Source of the DNA: Nitrosopumilus sp.
GTDB taxonomy: Archaea > Thermoproteota > Nitrososphaeria > Nitrososphaerales > Nitrosopumilaceae
NCBI GenBank assembly: GCA_965197525.1
Contig: OZ240211.1
Coordinates: 1,056,001 to 1,120,000 of the forward strand
Direction of reading: 5' to 3'
Length of the DNA stretch: 64,000 bases
In this document: positions 29,591 through 40,800 of the stretch, piece by piece
How the letters are laid out: each line of letters begins with the position of its first letter
Numbering within the stretch: position 1 is the stretch's first letter
The notes under the pieces: model-generated
The model's input: only the letters and a program-made list of their open reading frames with translations
What the model was told of the DNA's origin: nothing
Database searches by the model: none
Position numbers and translations under genes: made by a program

Positions 29591-30675
29591 GAGTGGCGTC
29601 ATTAAGTCTTTGCAATTGCTTTTCTGAACATATACTGTTCAATATTCTGATTGAATGTAGCGGTTCTTAGATATATCATTGCGGCTCGTGCACGGTCACT
29701 AACATGTTCATGGTGTTCATACATGAAAGGTTGAATCTTTAACTGGTGCCAACATTCTTCAATTGCATTAAATTCAGGACATCCTGTAGGCAAATACATT
29801 ATTCGCAGTCTAGAACTGTTTGCTTTTACAAATTTTTTAAACTTTTTTGTTTTATGTTGGGGTGCTGCATCCATTACAATGGCTACCTTGTCAGATAGTT
29901 CCAATAGTTTTTTGACAAATTTGAGAAACGTCGGACCGTTGAATTTTTTTTTCTGTAAAAAATATTGATGTGAGTCTGATATTGCACCATAAATTACACG
30001 TCTCTGATGATCTCCAAAATAAACTCGGAGTATTTTTTGACCCACCGGCGACCATGGACCGCGCTTTGTGACATAGTCATGCATCAATATTGATTCATCC
30101 TGTACATACAGCTCAAAACCGTCCCGTTTTACGCATGAAATCCACCGTTTTAGGGATTTTTGCCACTCTTCTATCTGTTCACTAGATGCCTTGTTTTTGT
30201 GTGTGGAATCAGGTACCTTTGGAGTAAAGTTACGACGACGCAATATGTCACGTATTCCAGATTCGGTGTATTTTACTCCTGTATCTTTTTTTATTTTATA
30301 TACAAGCTGCTTTGGAAAAATACCGTTTTTGACATTTGTTAAAAATTCTGTAATCTTATGATTGGCTATTTTTGGCGGGCGTCCAGATCTTGGTTTCTCA
30401 TACAATCCTACAACTCCAAATTCTTTAAATCGCATAACCCAATTTTTAATTGTGTTGTAAGATTTGTAAAACAGCTGTGCGATTGTTGAAATCGTTTCAT
30501 CTTCCTCTACGACATTTAACACTGCAAGCATTCGTTCTTTTGCCTTTGAGTTTAATTCCCTCTTATATACACATATTAATTCCACATTCTGGTTTTCCAC
30601 GATGGGCGATAAATGTTTCAAGCTATAAATGTTTCTAGTGTTTTTGAAAATTGCAAAGACTTTTTGACGTCACTC
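29591..30675 (-). mobile_element. IS630-family element (second type), intact copy
   Basis: Imperfect IRs of about 27 bp, gagtggcgtcattaagtctttgcaatt and aattgcaaagactttttgacgtcactc; TA on both sides (29589-90, 30676-77). Confidence 0.92.
29602..30621 (-). CDS. IS630-family transposase
   Basis: PRSGRPPK, VQDES, VMDAAPQH, PEFNAIEECW. Confidence 0.93.
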   Translation of the reverse strand: MKHLSPIVENQNVELICVYKRELNSKAKERMLAVLNVVEEDETISTIAQLFYKSYNTIKNWVMRFKEFGVVGLYEKPRSGRPPKIANHKITEFLTNVKNGIFPKQLVYKIKKDTGVKYTESGIRDILRRRNFTPKVPDSTHKNKASSEQIEEWQKSLKRWISCVKRDGFELYVQDESILMHDYVTKRGPWSPVGQKILRVYFGDHQRRVIYGAISDSHQYFLQKKKFNGPTFLKFVKKLLELSDKVAIVMDAAPQHKTKKFKKFVKANSSRLRIMYLPTGCPEFNAIEECWHQLKIQPFMYEHHEHVSDRARAAMIYLRTATFNQNIEQYMFRKAIAKT

Positions 30676-30800
30676 TAAGAAGATCAAAAATAGAGATGTA
30701 AAACAAGAGACGATGTATTGTCATTTGAAGTAATTAGATATGTGTAGAGTTATCTGTATGTAGTCTGTATCATTTTTTGCAACATCAATGTCAGCAAATA

Positions 30801-31025
30801 TCATACCGGGTTGTTAACAGTATCTATGTTTGCATATCTAATAATCTTTCCAGAGTTTGCATCTATTTGCATTTCTTTGAGATGCCGGCTCAAAAAACCA
30901 ATATCAAAGATAATGCACCAGATATTATTTTTCAGACTTGATGACTCCAAATTCATTGTGCTATGACGGTCTTTTAGAAACTCTTCTGCGATTTGTACTG
31001 CATTTTCCAGATCGTATTGTACCAT
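30801..31025 (-). CDS. Small PepSY-like protein
   Basis: AVQIAEEFL...W...MQIDANSGKII pattern; ATG at 31025 preferred. Confidence 0.55.
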   Translation of the reverse strand: MVQYDLENAVQIAEEFLKDRHSTMNLESSSLKNNIWCIIFDIGFLSRHLKEMQIDANSGKIIRYANIDTVNNPV

Positions 31026-31325
31026 AAATGAAACCATGACATGACAGAATAAATTCTTTGTTTGAAACCGGCAAATCCAAATGCGGAATTTATCCGTTTC
31101 AAACATATCAAAACCGTAAAGATGTAAAGCCTTCGGCTAGTATGGAATCCAACCTTTAATCAAAAAACTACCCAATTGCAAAAATACCAGATCTGCTCCC
31201 AACACCAAGAATGCCTGGTGTCTAGAAAACACGAGCCATAATATTGAATTCTTTGATCACATATTATTTGAAGTAATCTCTCCCACAGCCATATCGCCAT
31301 TCATAAAGCTGTATTTTTTTATCAA

Positions 31326-32587
31326 ATGGTAAAAAAACGATCTTTTGCTGTTTTTAAGAATAGACCCGGTCGGAAAATCAATGGCAGACAGTTCCTTCTT
31401 TTCCTTGAGACTACCGGAGACATACAGTATTTCATATCCACGGTACTACAAAAAACCCTTGGACTAACTTCAAAAAGGGCAGATTCGATTGCAGAATCTT
31501 TTCCATCCGTAGAATCATTAACATAAACAACTTGCCGCGATCTATGTATTTGCGGTTATCATACTGGAGTCTGCATTCGTTTGAACTGTAAGATTTTTTA
31601 GTACCATGTTTGCTTGGTTTGTCTGGAGAGGATGTGTTTTTGGTCATTTGGTAAAAAAACGATCTTTTGCTGTTTTTAAGAATAGACCCGGTCGGAAAAT
31701 CAATGGCAGACAGTGAGACTACCGGAGACATACAGATCACTTAATCTTTTCCATCCGTAGAATCATTAACATCATTTGATCATAATACGAAAAATCTGAT
31801 CACAGCAGATGGTAAGGAGATCAAGCTGAATAAACAGAGAATAGAACATCTGGAAAAAGTCAAAGCCATAATTAACCCCAAAGCGGATCTTGCAGAAAAC
31901 TGGATAAGGTTTACCGCACACCATAGTACAAGCAAATTCATGAAGAACATATCAAAATTGAAGCTTGATGACATAAACATGAATCCATTTCTCATAAAAG
32001 CCATGCATCTCCAAACACCACAGGAGGTGTTGCGTTTTAACGTATACCAAACAGTCTCTCGTTCAATAGTAACATCCATGGGAACTGCTTTGGAATACAT
32101 GATAGCTGACAGTGGCGGCAGAAGAGGAAGACGTGGCGAATGGTATGACGTGGTAAAAAAGCAAGATAATCAAACCTATTGGATACAAGTAAAAAGCGGC
32201 CCCAATAACATAGACAAGGATCAGGTAATTGCATTTAACAGAAGGTTTTCTGAGACGGCAAAGTCACAAAAAAACCATCCTAGGCTAGGTATAACATACG
32301 GCAGGCCGAATCTGAAAACTGTGTCATTGGGCCTAGTCAAAAAATACATGGATGATTGGGAAGAGAGGCTCTTGGTGGGAAGAGAATTGTGGGATTTTAT
32401 GAGTGGGGAGAAAGACTATCACAAAAAAGTTCTGTCATGGATAGAAAAGGCTGTAGTGGCGGATCTCAAATCTGAGTCCATAGACAGCATGATCCAAAAA
32501 GCCATCAAGAGACTGACTGGTGAATTCAAATCAAAGTATGGGAATGGTAAACAGGGCGTCCAAAAGTATCTGGACAGCATAATCTGA
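31326..32587 (+). pseudogene. Type II restriction endonuclease (EcoO109I/PmeII-like PD-(D/E)xK) with disrupted 5' end
   Basis: Catalytic part 31940-32587 (NPFL, SIVTSMG, WYDVVK, IQVKSGPN). The frame stays open back to 31745 and matches the end of ORF 31326-31526 (SFPSVESLT), but an insertion/duplication separates the parts. Confidence 0.75.
31522..31647 (-). mobile_element. 126-bp orphan fragment of the IS5 element B transposase 5' end
   Basis: Matches 8156-8281 with 3 mismatches seen; no IRs. Confidence 0.92.
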
Positions 32588-32871
32588 ACAACAGGTAACT
32601 AGCACGTTTATCACAAATATGGAAACAAGGATAGCATACCTAATCCTATTCCAATGGGCCGACAGAATTGCTAGAGGCAGGTCATCTTTGTTCCTAATGG
32701 GATGAAGAGAATATAACCAGATCCCGAGTTCTATAATGGGACATACGAGTATCTCAAAAAAGTTGGTTTTAGCGAAATATAAGCAACACCTGCGATCCAT
32801 TCAGATCGGGTTATTGTACAATGCCCTTCTTTTATTAAGACTTTTATCGTTATCAATACGATCATACTATA

Positions 32872-34053
32872 ATGTCCACGCAAAAGACTCAAAGCAGACG
32901 CAGGCGACAGAACCTACATACTCTCAAACCGTCAATAATATCCTTGTTTACCTGTGGAATGGGCTTGGATATTGGTTTTGAAAAGGCGGGGTTTTCAACT
33001 AGATACGCCAATGACATTACAAAGTTTGCCTGTAATACAATAAGGATTAACAAGCCAGATATCCCATGTGATGAAGGAGATATTACCGATATACCATCTG
33101 AGGAGATACTCAAAAAGGCATCAATGAAAAGTGGCTATGTTGATGTGGTAATAGGAGGACCTCCATGCCAGTCATTTTCCACTGCAGGCAAGAGAAGAGG
33201 GTTTGATGACAAGCGAGGGTTTGCCCTGCTGCAATATCTGAGAATTATTAATGATGTAAAACCAAAGTTTTTTGTATTTGAGAATGTACCCGGACTGCTC
33301 TCAGCTGCCAAGAAACACATATCATTTTATGACAGGATGTCATCTGATCGAAAGATTACCAAAGAACAGAGATACGGCTCATTGTTCGAAGACGTGGTAA
33401 AAGAGTTTCAAAAAATGCACGAGTACCAGATAGAGTGGAAGCTGCTTAATGCAGCAGATTATGGCGTTCCCCAGAAACGCAAGAGGCTCATACTGATAGG
33501 TTCTAGAACAACGGATCCGAGACTAGTATTTGAGACAATTCAACGAGCGGCCAAGTTTGCAGATCCAGAACATGCAGAACAGGCAGGTAAAAAGCCGTGG
33601 AGAACGCTCAGAGATGCACTAGACGGTCTGGATGATGTAGAAGAGGAGCATGTTGACTTTCCCAAGTGGGGAAAGTATCTCAAGTATGTTCCTGCAGGTG
33701 GTTGTTGGATAAACCTGCCAGAACGCCTCAAAAAAGAGGCGATGGGAGGTGCTGCCGATTCCTCTGATCCAAAAAAGAAGGGAAAGCAAGGAGGACGTCG
33801 TGGATTCTATAGACGGCTGTCATGGGATGCCCCTGCCCCGACACTTGTAACGTCTCCAGCACAGCTTGGAAGCTGCATATGTCATCCAGATAAATGTCGA
33901 CCACTTACGGTGAAAGAATATTCAAGATTACAGGGATTCCCAGACACATGGAACTTTGTGGGGTCAACTACTCAAAAATACAGAATGATAGGGGAGGCAG
34001 TTCCGGTGGATCTTGCAAAAGCTATAGCCACTGCAATAAAGAAATTCCTCTAG
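32872..34053 (+). CDS. DNA (cytosine-5)-methyltransferase, cognate of the upstream endonuclease
   Basis: FTCGMG, GGPPCQSFS, FENVPG, YGVPQKRKR, YRMIGEAVP; intact. Confidence 0.95.
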   Translation: MSTQKTQSRRRRQNLHTLKPSIISLFTCGMGLDIGFEKAGFSTRYANDITKFACNTIRINKPDIPCDEGDITDIPSEEILKKASMKSGYVDVVIGGPPCQSFSTAGKRRGFDDKRGFALLQYLRIINDVKPKFFVFENVPGLLSAAKKHISFYDRMSSDRKITKEQRYGSLFEDVVKEFQKMHEYQIEWKLLNAADYGVPQKRKRLILIGSRTTDPRLVFETIQRAAKFADPEHAEQAGKKPWRTLRDALDGLDDVEEEHVDFPKWGKYLKYVPAGGCWINLPERLKKEAMGGAADSSDPKKKGKQGGRRGFYRRLSWDAPAPTLVTSPAQLGSCICHPDKCRPLTVKEYSRLQGFPDTWNFVGSTTQKYRMIGEAVPVDLAKAIATAIKKFL

Positions 34054-34189
34054 TTATTGATTTTGTTAAATTATTACGAATAGTTATAGAATTTGACCCA
34101 AACATGTAGATGGAATTTGTAAATTTTTAATTGTGTGTTTTTACAAATCGTCATATCTTAAATCTTTTTCATCTTCATCTATATCTATA

Positions 34190-35781
34190 GAGATTATGGG
34201 TAATCTAGATTATGCATAATTTATTCAAATCTAACAGTTGATTAATTTTAATACTAGGACAAATATTGATGATCATTTAGTTCTATATCATACTAAACCA
34301 ACGCTAGTGCATGTCAAATCCATCTAAGATCAAGATGCTGCAAGATGCGCTCGCACAGTCCAAAAACGAAAACAAAAGACTAGAGATGGTTGTAGGGCAA
34401 AAGGACAAAGAGATAGAGCGGGTTGTAGGGCAAAAGGACAAGCTAGAGATAGTTGTAGGGCAAAAGGACAAAGAGTTGAGCTTTGAGCACAGCTTGTGGA
34501 AAACCAGACATAATACCAACATACAAGCAAGCCCGGAAAATGCCGCGCTGTTGCACAGACTTGAGACACTAGATGGCATAATAAATAACAAGAAACTGCT
34601 TCGTGGAGTAACATCGCTTAGCAAAGAAGTGTTTGAATATTTACTAGATAATTTTGAGAAGGAAATCAAAAAGTTCAAAGATGCACCGTTATTTCGTAAC
34701 AACGAGTCAAGAGCAGAAGATCCCGGCAACCGTTGTAAACTCTATCCAAGACATGCACTTCTCATGTGTCTGATACGCTTCAAGGGCAATCGGACACAGG
34801 AAGACCTAGCGGCATTCTTTGGGATAGACCAGTCTAGCGTATGCGATTATCTCAAGTTCTGCAACAAGATACTTGGCATTATACTTCCAACACCACACAA
34901 GATCTCAAAGGCGATATCAAATTGCAAGACTGCAGGTGAACTAAAAGAGTTTATATCTGGAAATGGTGCAGGGGTGCTACTAGTCGATGGCACTCACATA
35001 CCAGTACTTCGTTCAGGTGACAAGGATAGAAGAAAAGAGACGTATTCAGGCAAGAAGAAGAGGCACACGTTAAACACCACCATAACAACTGCTACAAACA
35101 ACATCATACTAGGACTAGGCAATACCGTAGTAGGCAAGACACACGACCTGACACTGCTCAAGGAGGATTCGCTTCCGTTTGGCAGATGGGCTAAAAAAAT
35201 GTATGACGGGGACACCCCCGCAAAAGAGAAATTCACAGTGTACATGGATCTGGGATATCTTGGGATACAAAATGCTATTCCCGGTGCAAACGTAATCATG
35301 CCTCACAAGAGACCGCGCAGGAAAAAAGGAGAAAAGAAGAGAGGCAAGCTGACAGCTGTACAAAAAAAGCACAACAAAAATGTCAGCAGTATCAGGGTGA
35401 CAGTAGAGAATAGTGTCGGCAGGCTCAAACAGTATGCCAGGATGAGTGATCCGTATGATGGCACGGAAGATGAGCTCAACTGTGAGATGAATATCGTTGC
35501 AGGCTTGGTAAACTTGCACCTGATGATGACACTTCACAGAGGAAGTGCCAGGATGCGCAAAAGATTCTGTGGTTAATACAAGGGCTGCAACGATGTCGCC
35601 ATACCAATGACACAACAATTACCGCGCACCTGACGTGCCGTATGCCTGCGCAGGTTGTTTTGGTTTTTTTCGTTTCTATATACATATATGTAGACTTTTT
35701 ATCACAAATTGTTTTATTGTTTACACATATGTTACTAAAAAATGTAATACACATATATTATAATCGATTACCCATAATCTC
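34190..35781 (+). mobile_element. IS with DDE_Tnp_4 (IS5/ISL2-Harbinger-like) transposase
   Basis: Perfect 19-bp inverted match atagagattatgggtaatc (34187-34205) and gattacccataatctctat (35766-35784), compatible with 17-bp IRs plus a TA duplication. Confidence 0.85.
34311..35576 (+). CDS. DDE_Tnp_4-family transposase with N-terminal coiled-coil repeats
   Basis: LVDGTHIP, YSGKKKRHT, DLGYLG, RVTVENSVGRLK; VVGQKDK x3 at the N-terminus. Confidence 0.9.
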   Translation: MSNPSKIKMLQDALAQSKNENKRLEMVVGQKDKEIERVVGQKDKLEIVVGQKDKELSFEHSLWKTRHNTNIQASPENAALLHRLETLDGIINNKKLLRGVTSLSKEVFEYLLDNFEKEIKKFKDAPLFRNNESRAEDPGNRCKLYPRHALLMCLIRFKGNRTQEDLAAFFGIDQSSVCDYLKFCNKILGIILPTPHKISKAISNCKTAGELKEFISGNGAGVLLVDGTHIPVLRSGDKDRRKETYSGKKKRHTLNTTITTATNNIILGLGNTVVGKTHDLTLLKEDSLPFGRWAKKMYDGDTPAKEKFTVYMDLGYLGIQNAIPGANVIMPHKRPRRKKGEKKRGKLTAVQKKHNKNVSSIRVTVENSVGRLKQYARMSDPYDGTEDELNCEMNIVAGLVNLHLMMTLHRGSARMRKRFCG

Positions 35782-36047
35782 TATTGTAAAGATAGACACT
35801 ATTATTACTATTATGATACTTGGTATTATGATAGAAATCGATTTCATATGCTAGATTAATTGTATGACGGTATAAAGTAATAGTTTGTACACCGGTTCTG
35901 TAAAGTTATAGAGACCTGAATTTTGTTGATTTAGGTTATGCCAAGTTATCACGTGCTGATGGCTAAACCTTGGTCATGTTTCAAAGCAATTAAGGCACCC
36001 CTTGTTCATCTTGTATCTTGTTGTTGTTGTTTTTTTTCATGCTCTAG

Positions 36048-36233
36048 TCACTCTTTCTTTTTCTTGAATACAGCTATCCATTCTCCGTTTACCTTGTCAA
36101 CCTTCCAATCCAATTTTTGGCCCTCTGCCAATCCCAATTGTTCAACGACAAAGACAGGTATGGTCGTCCTCAACGATCTGCTCTCTGATCTCGCCGATGC
36201 AATCGTAGTCTCTGTTCCTATTCCTCTTCCCAT
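36048..36233 (-). CDS. AbrB/MazE/SpoVT-like DNA-binding protein
   Basis: SLRTTIPVFVVEQLGLAEGQKLDW swapped-hairpin signature. Confidence 0.8.
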   Translation of the reverse strand: MGRGIGTETTIASARSESRSLRTTIPVFVVEQLGLAEGQKLDWKVDKVNGEWIAVFKKKKE

Positions 36234-36453
36234 ATAGGTAAATTAACCCTCATGGTTATTAATCGACCTATAATTATAATCTACCTATAAATCGACCAAT
36301 AGTTATATATACCTATTAATGCACCTATAGTATGAAAAGAACTGCAGTGATGAAAAAAATAATCATAGGTGCGGGAACACCCATGATGAAGCCTGTTATC
36401 TCTGAGCAATCTTTTCTTTCCCATCTTATAATTTTTGAGGTGTCGTACCTATA

Positions 36454-36800
36454 TGTGGAATACAAAAAGCGGTTCCCCCTTCCACATTATTTGACATGAT
36501 ATTCCTCCCATCCTTCTCTCTCTCTCCCTATTTGCTTGCCAACCACGATTTCTTCTCTAGGCGGCATCTTACGTATGAACACATGTGCAAGAGTCTCACT
36601 TTCTTAGTCTACATCAAGAGACATGTATGGTCTTCTGTGGTTGTACCACCACTCCAGAAACAGATTCACGGGATCACTCTTACGCATCATGATTGCTTCA
36701 AACTCTGGCAGTTTGTGCTGAATCTTGCCGTACAGCCTCCCAGCTTGCAGTTTATCTGTGGATGACTGACATCATCTGCAAACCTATTTCACGTTGTACT
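36454..36800 (-). mobile_element. IS481-family remnant (transposase C-terminus plus right end)
   Basis: Decayed HPQINCKL.RLYGKIQHKL...WYNHRRPYMSL...KMPPREE..EEYHVK* (rve core end); terminus 5'-TGTGGAATA at 36454. Confidence 0.75.
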
Positions 36801-36910
36801 AGCAAAAAAAAAATCAATCACTCCTTGATGCGTTAAAACACAAGTAGCCGTTAACGCCAGTTGTTGGTTCATATATGCAAAGATAATGATGATGGTTCAG
36901 ATACCATGAC

Positions 36911-37822
36911 TTATTTGCTTTGACTGGATGGCTGCAGCTGGCCTAGCAATACATTCAATCCTGTAGTTGACGCATCTTGATATATCTCTTCCATCACAAA
37001 CATAAAATTCTCTTCACTCTTCCAAAATGGAAAACTACCGAGCTGTTTTGGTAATGCAGCTGATATTGCGGGAATGTGCGCAAGTTCCGAATAGTTTCTC
37101 TCTTGACTCTTCTTGCCCCAGAACTCTTTGGGATCCACAGATAACGGCTCTGGCTGTAAATTATCTGTAATCTGCCCAGGAGATGATTTGTGAGTTAATT
37201 TACTGTCAGATGATTCGGCTCCTGCCATTGGACTAAATCCTGCCATATCCAGAATATCCTTTCGTGACGCTCCCCTTAATTTGAATATAAGGAAGGGATC
37301 ACGATCAAACTCCTCGCCTAGGAGAAAATATACGGCAGCTATATGCTTACACGGATTTGACCAATCTGGACAGTTACAAGAAGTACGTAGATCCGCGCTT
37401 TTGTCTGGAAACAGTGAGAGACCATTGTCTTTGAATATCTCCTCTATATTCTCCGGCATCTGTCCTGCCAACAACTTGGCTGCCAATACAGGCTGTGTAA
37501 ATAATTTCTTGGCCAGACTTTTCCAGTCTGCCACACTCAACGTCTTGACTTTGATACTTATACGGTATGGCTCTCTAAAGGAGCCTTGTACCTTTGCAGT
37601 AGCTGCCCCGTTCTTTATACTCACTGACAGCACCTGTCCTTTGCGCGCATAGGTTCTACCACGATCTAGTCTTGCACCAATATCAAAACTGTTTAGAACT
37701 TGAATCCAGCGCTTGGCCCACCAATTCTGACCGAATTCTCCGTATCTTGACTGTGCCTTGATACCGCCTTTGGCAGTACGTGGCTTGGATCGTTTATAAT
37801 ATTCATAATATCCGTATGACAT
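36911..37822 (-). CDS. SWIM zinc-finger protein (YwqB-like)
   Basis: RLDRGRTYAR, VQGS..PY, CNCPDWSNPCKHIAAVY, DPFLIFKLRG. Confidence 0.9.
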   Translation of the reverse strand: MSYGYYEYYKRSKPRTAKGGIKAQSRYGEFGQNWWAKRWIQVLNSFDIGARLDRGRTYARKGQVLSVSIKNGAATAKVQGSFREPYRISIKVKTLSVADWKSLAKKLFTQPVLAAKLLAGQMPENIEEIFKDNGLSLFPDKSADLRTSCNCPDWSNPCKHIAAVYFLLGEEFDRDPFLIFKLRGASRKDILDMAGFSPMAGAESSDSKLTHKSSPGQITDNLQPEPLSVDPKEFWGKKSQERNYSELAHIPAISAALPKQLGSFPFWKSEENFMFVMEEIYQDASTTGLNVLLGQLQPSSQSK

Positions 37823-37826
37823 GTTG

Positions 37827-40800
37827 CTACGCTCCTACTACCTCTTCCTTGTTTAGAGTCAAAATATCTCTTAGATCGTCATCTGAGAGCTCAGTCAACC
37901 AGCCCTCTCCGGTACCGACGACCTTTTCAGCAACTTGTTTTTTTAGTTCAATCATCTCGTCAATCTTTTCTTCTAGTGTTCCTGCACATACAAATTTATG
38001 GACTTGGACGTTCTGTTTCTGGCCTATTCGAAACGCTCGATCAGTTGCCTGATTCTCAACTGCAGGGTTCCACCAGCGATCAAAGTGAAAGACATGGTTT
38101 GCGGCAGTCAAGTTCAATCCTGTACCGCCTGCCTTCAATGAGAGGATAAATATCTGCGGTCCATCCTCATCATCATTCTGAAAACGTTCTACCATCTTGT
38201 CACGCTTGCCCCTTGGTACGCCCCCGTGAAGAAACAGTACCTCTTGTCCGAACATCTCTTGCATATGCTGCTTTAACATGTGGCCCATCTCGGCAAACTG
38301 ACTGAATATCAATGCCCTATCCCCTGACTCTACGACCTCTTCGAGCATCTCTGTCAGTCTTGCTAGTTTGCCTGATCGGTTGGCTATACTAGAATTATCT
38401 TTTAGAAACTGCGCAGGATGATTACAGACCTGTTTGAGTTTGGATAACGCGCTTAGTATCATTCCTTTTCGCTGTATGCCTTCAACCGAATCCAGGGCCG
38501 CCTCTATCTCTTTAGTAATTGACGTGTATAACGTGGTCTGCTCTGCTGTCAATGAACAAAAGACCTTCATCTCCATCTTCTTTGGAAGATCCGATATGAC
38601 GGATTTATCCGTTTTGAGTCTTCGAAGGATAAACGGTCCTGTGGCACGCTTGAGTTGTTTTACTGCATCGTGATCCTGTTGTGTTTGAATTGGCGTGAAA
38701 AAGTTGCGTTTAAACTCTGTTTGGGTGCCCAAGAGTCCGGGATTTAAGAAATCCATAATAGACCACAGGTCCCCTACGTTATTTTCTACAGGCGTTCCTG
38801 TCAGTGCAAAGCGATAGTTAGCCTTTAGCAACCGTGCAGCCCTTGCCTGTCTGGTCTCGGGATTTTTGATGTTCTGCGCCTCATCAAGTATTACGCCATT
38901 CCATGACATCTTCTTGAGGAATTCTATATCACGTTGAATCAACCCATAACTGGATAGCACTATAGCATGTTTTTTTGCAGCTTTTTTAAATGATGCTCCG
39001 TGACTCCTGTCCATACCATGATGAACAAGCACCGGAAGTTCTGGAGTAAACCGTGCGGCCTCTTTTTGCCAGTTGTTTATTACCGATGTAGGACAGACGA
39101 TAAGTGTAGGCTGTCTCTTGCTTTTCTGCCAGGATTGATACACAAGTGCCAGTATCTGGACTGTCTTACCAAGACCCATGTCATCTGCCAGACAGCCTCC
39201 CAGACCCCATTGTTGCAGAAACGAGAGCCATGAATAACCTTTAATCTGGTATGGTCTGAGTGTACCTGAGAATTTATCTGGTTGCTTGAGATTCTTGAAT
39301 TCCGTAGTTCCATCCAACTGATTCAATACGTCTGCAATCCAACCAGTGGATTTGACGCCTTCAAAGTCCAGTTCATATGATGGCGCACCACCGCCCTCTA
39401 ATCCCATATTCATTTGGATAACATCCCCAAGCGTGGTCTTGTTTGCACCCTCTTTCAAAAATTTGATTGCCGTTTGAATCTCTTTATGACTTACCTCTAC
39501 CCACTTACCGCGAATCATAGTCAGCGGAGATTTTATGCTGGCAAGCTCTTCTAGTTCCTTGATTGTCATCTTTTGTTTGCCCATGGCTATCTCCCAGTTA
39601 AACTCAACTAGGGTTTCAAGTGTTAACCCGCTTTTTGCTTTCATCTTGGGATTCTTGACATTGGCATGTACGGTTAGATGCGTTCTTTGCTTTGCGTTTG
39701 TCCACCATGATGGAAGTATGATGCCGTATCCTGCCTGTTCAAGGACGGCAGCTTCTCGGGTAAGAAACTCATATGCTTTGTCTGTGTCAACTGCATGGCC
39801 TGCAAGATTCGAGTCCATCAAACTAGTAGAGATGCTAGGACAAATACCGGATGCTTGGCCAAGTGAGAGCAATAAAAATTCCTTTACATTTGAACCGCTA
39901 CGTTCAAGTATGGTTTTCTTGTTTTTTGCATTCCATACTGTGTCAGCAGGAATAAGAAGACTCTGATCGTCATGAGGTTGTATCAAATATCGTATATACC
40001 ACGTGTTGCCTGCTGTATTTGCGCCTTTTATGGCATCATCATCATCATAGTCTGGTGCCTCTAATCGAAAGCAGAGACGAAAGTTGGATCTAGCAGAGGC
40101 TGTAATTGGCCATTGCCACTCGTTGACATGTGTGACAAGCTGCAAGAGACCCTTGTGACCTTTGTTAATGACTGCTTTTGGGGTTCTCAATGCGTAGAGC
40201 CAGGAATCATGTATGCTATCAAAGCGTTTGCGACGTCTGGATTGCGGCGGTCTATTCTCAGAGGCAGTTGTGCGTACTAGATAGTCTGTCATTGCGGTAA
40301 TAACTTGTTCTAGAACCACGATAGACGGTTTTTGAGACGGTGTGGTTGTACCAATATCTGATAGCGCTCGTCCTACTGCTGGCATGTGTCTTGAGAGTTC
40401 GTCTAGGCGCTTGAAATCATTGCCTACAAAGACAGGAGTCCATAAAGCAGCATGCTCATTGCCTTCATCGGTTATCAGGCTGGGAAGGTATTGCTGTCGT
40501 GCTACTATGGAACCTGCAAAACGTAATACATCTGTCCAGTATGCCAGATCCACACTGACGATCACCCCTGCTGCAATGGTTCTCTTATCCATGGATGCAC
40601 ACAGCAGATCTATGGCCTCTGACATGGATAGTTTACGTACATTTATCATCCACGGTGCTATCTTTGTCTTCGTCTTGGATTCAGGCATCTCAGCTATTAT
40701 CTCACTTGAGGGAATCGGATTGGCTCCGTTAGTTGGTAGCCAAACTAACATTTTATCATCTTGGCTTGGAACTGACTTGAAATCAAATGCAGTCTCCTCT

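Noticed and set aside
32588-32871. Controller (C) protein or Vsr gene between the endonuclease and methyltransferase
   Set aside because: Only short broken frames are present, with no HTH or Vsr motif.
32872-34053. Assigning a recognition sequence to the R-M pair
   Set aside because: It cannot be read from motifs by eye; it needs a REBASE comparison or a methylome.
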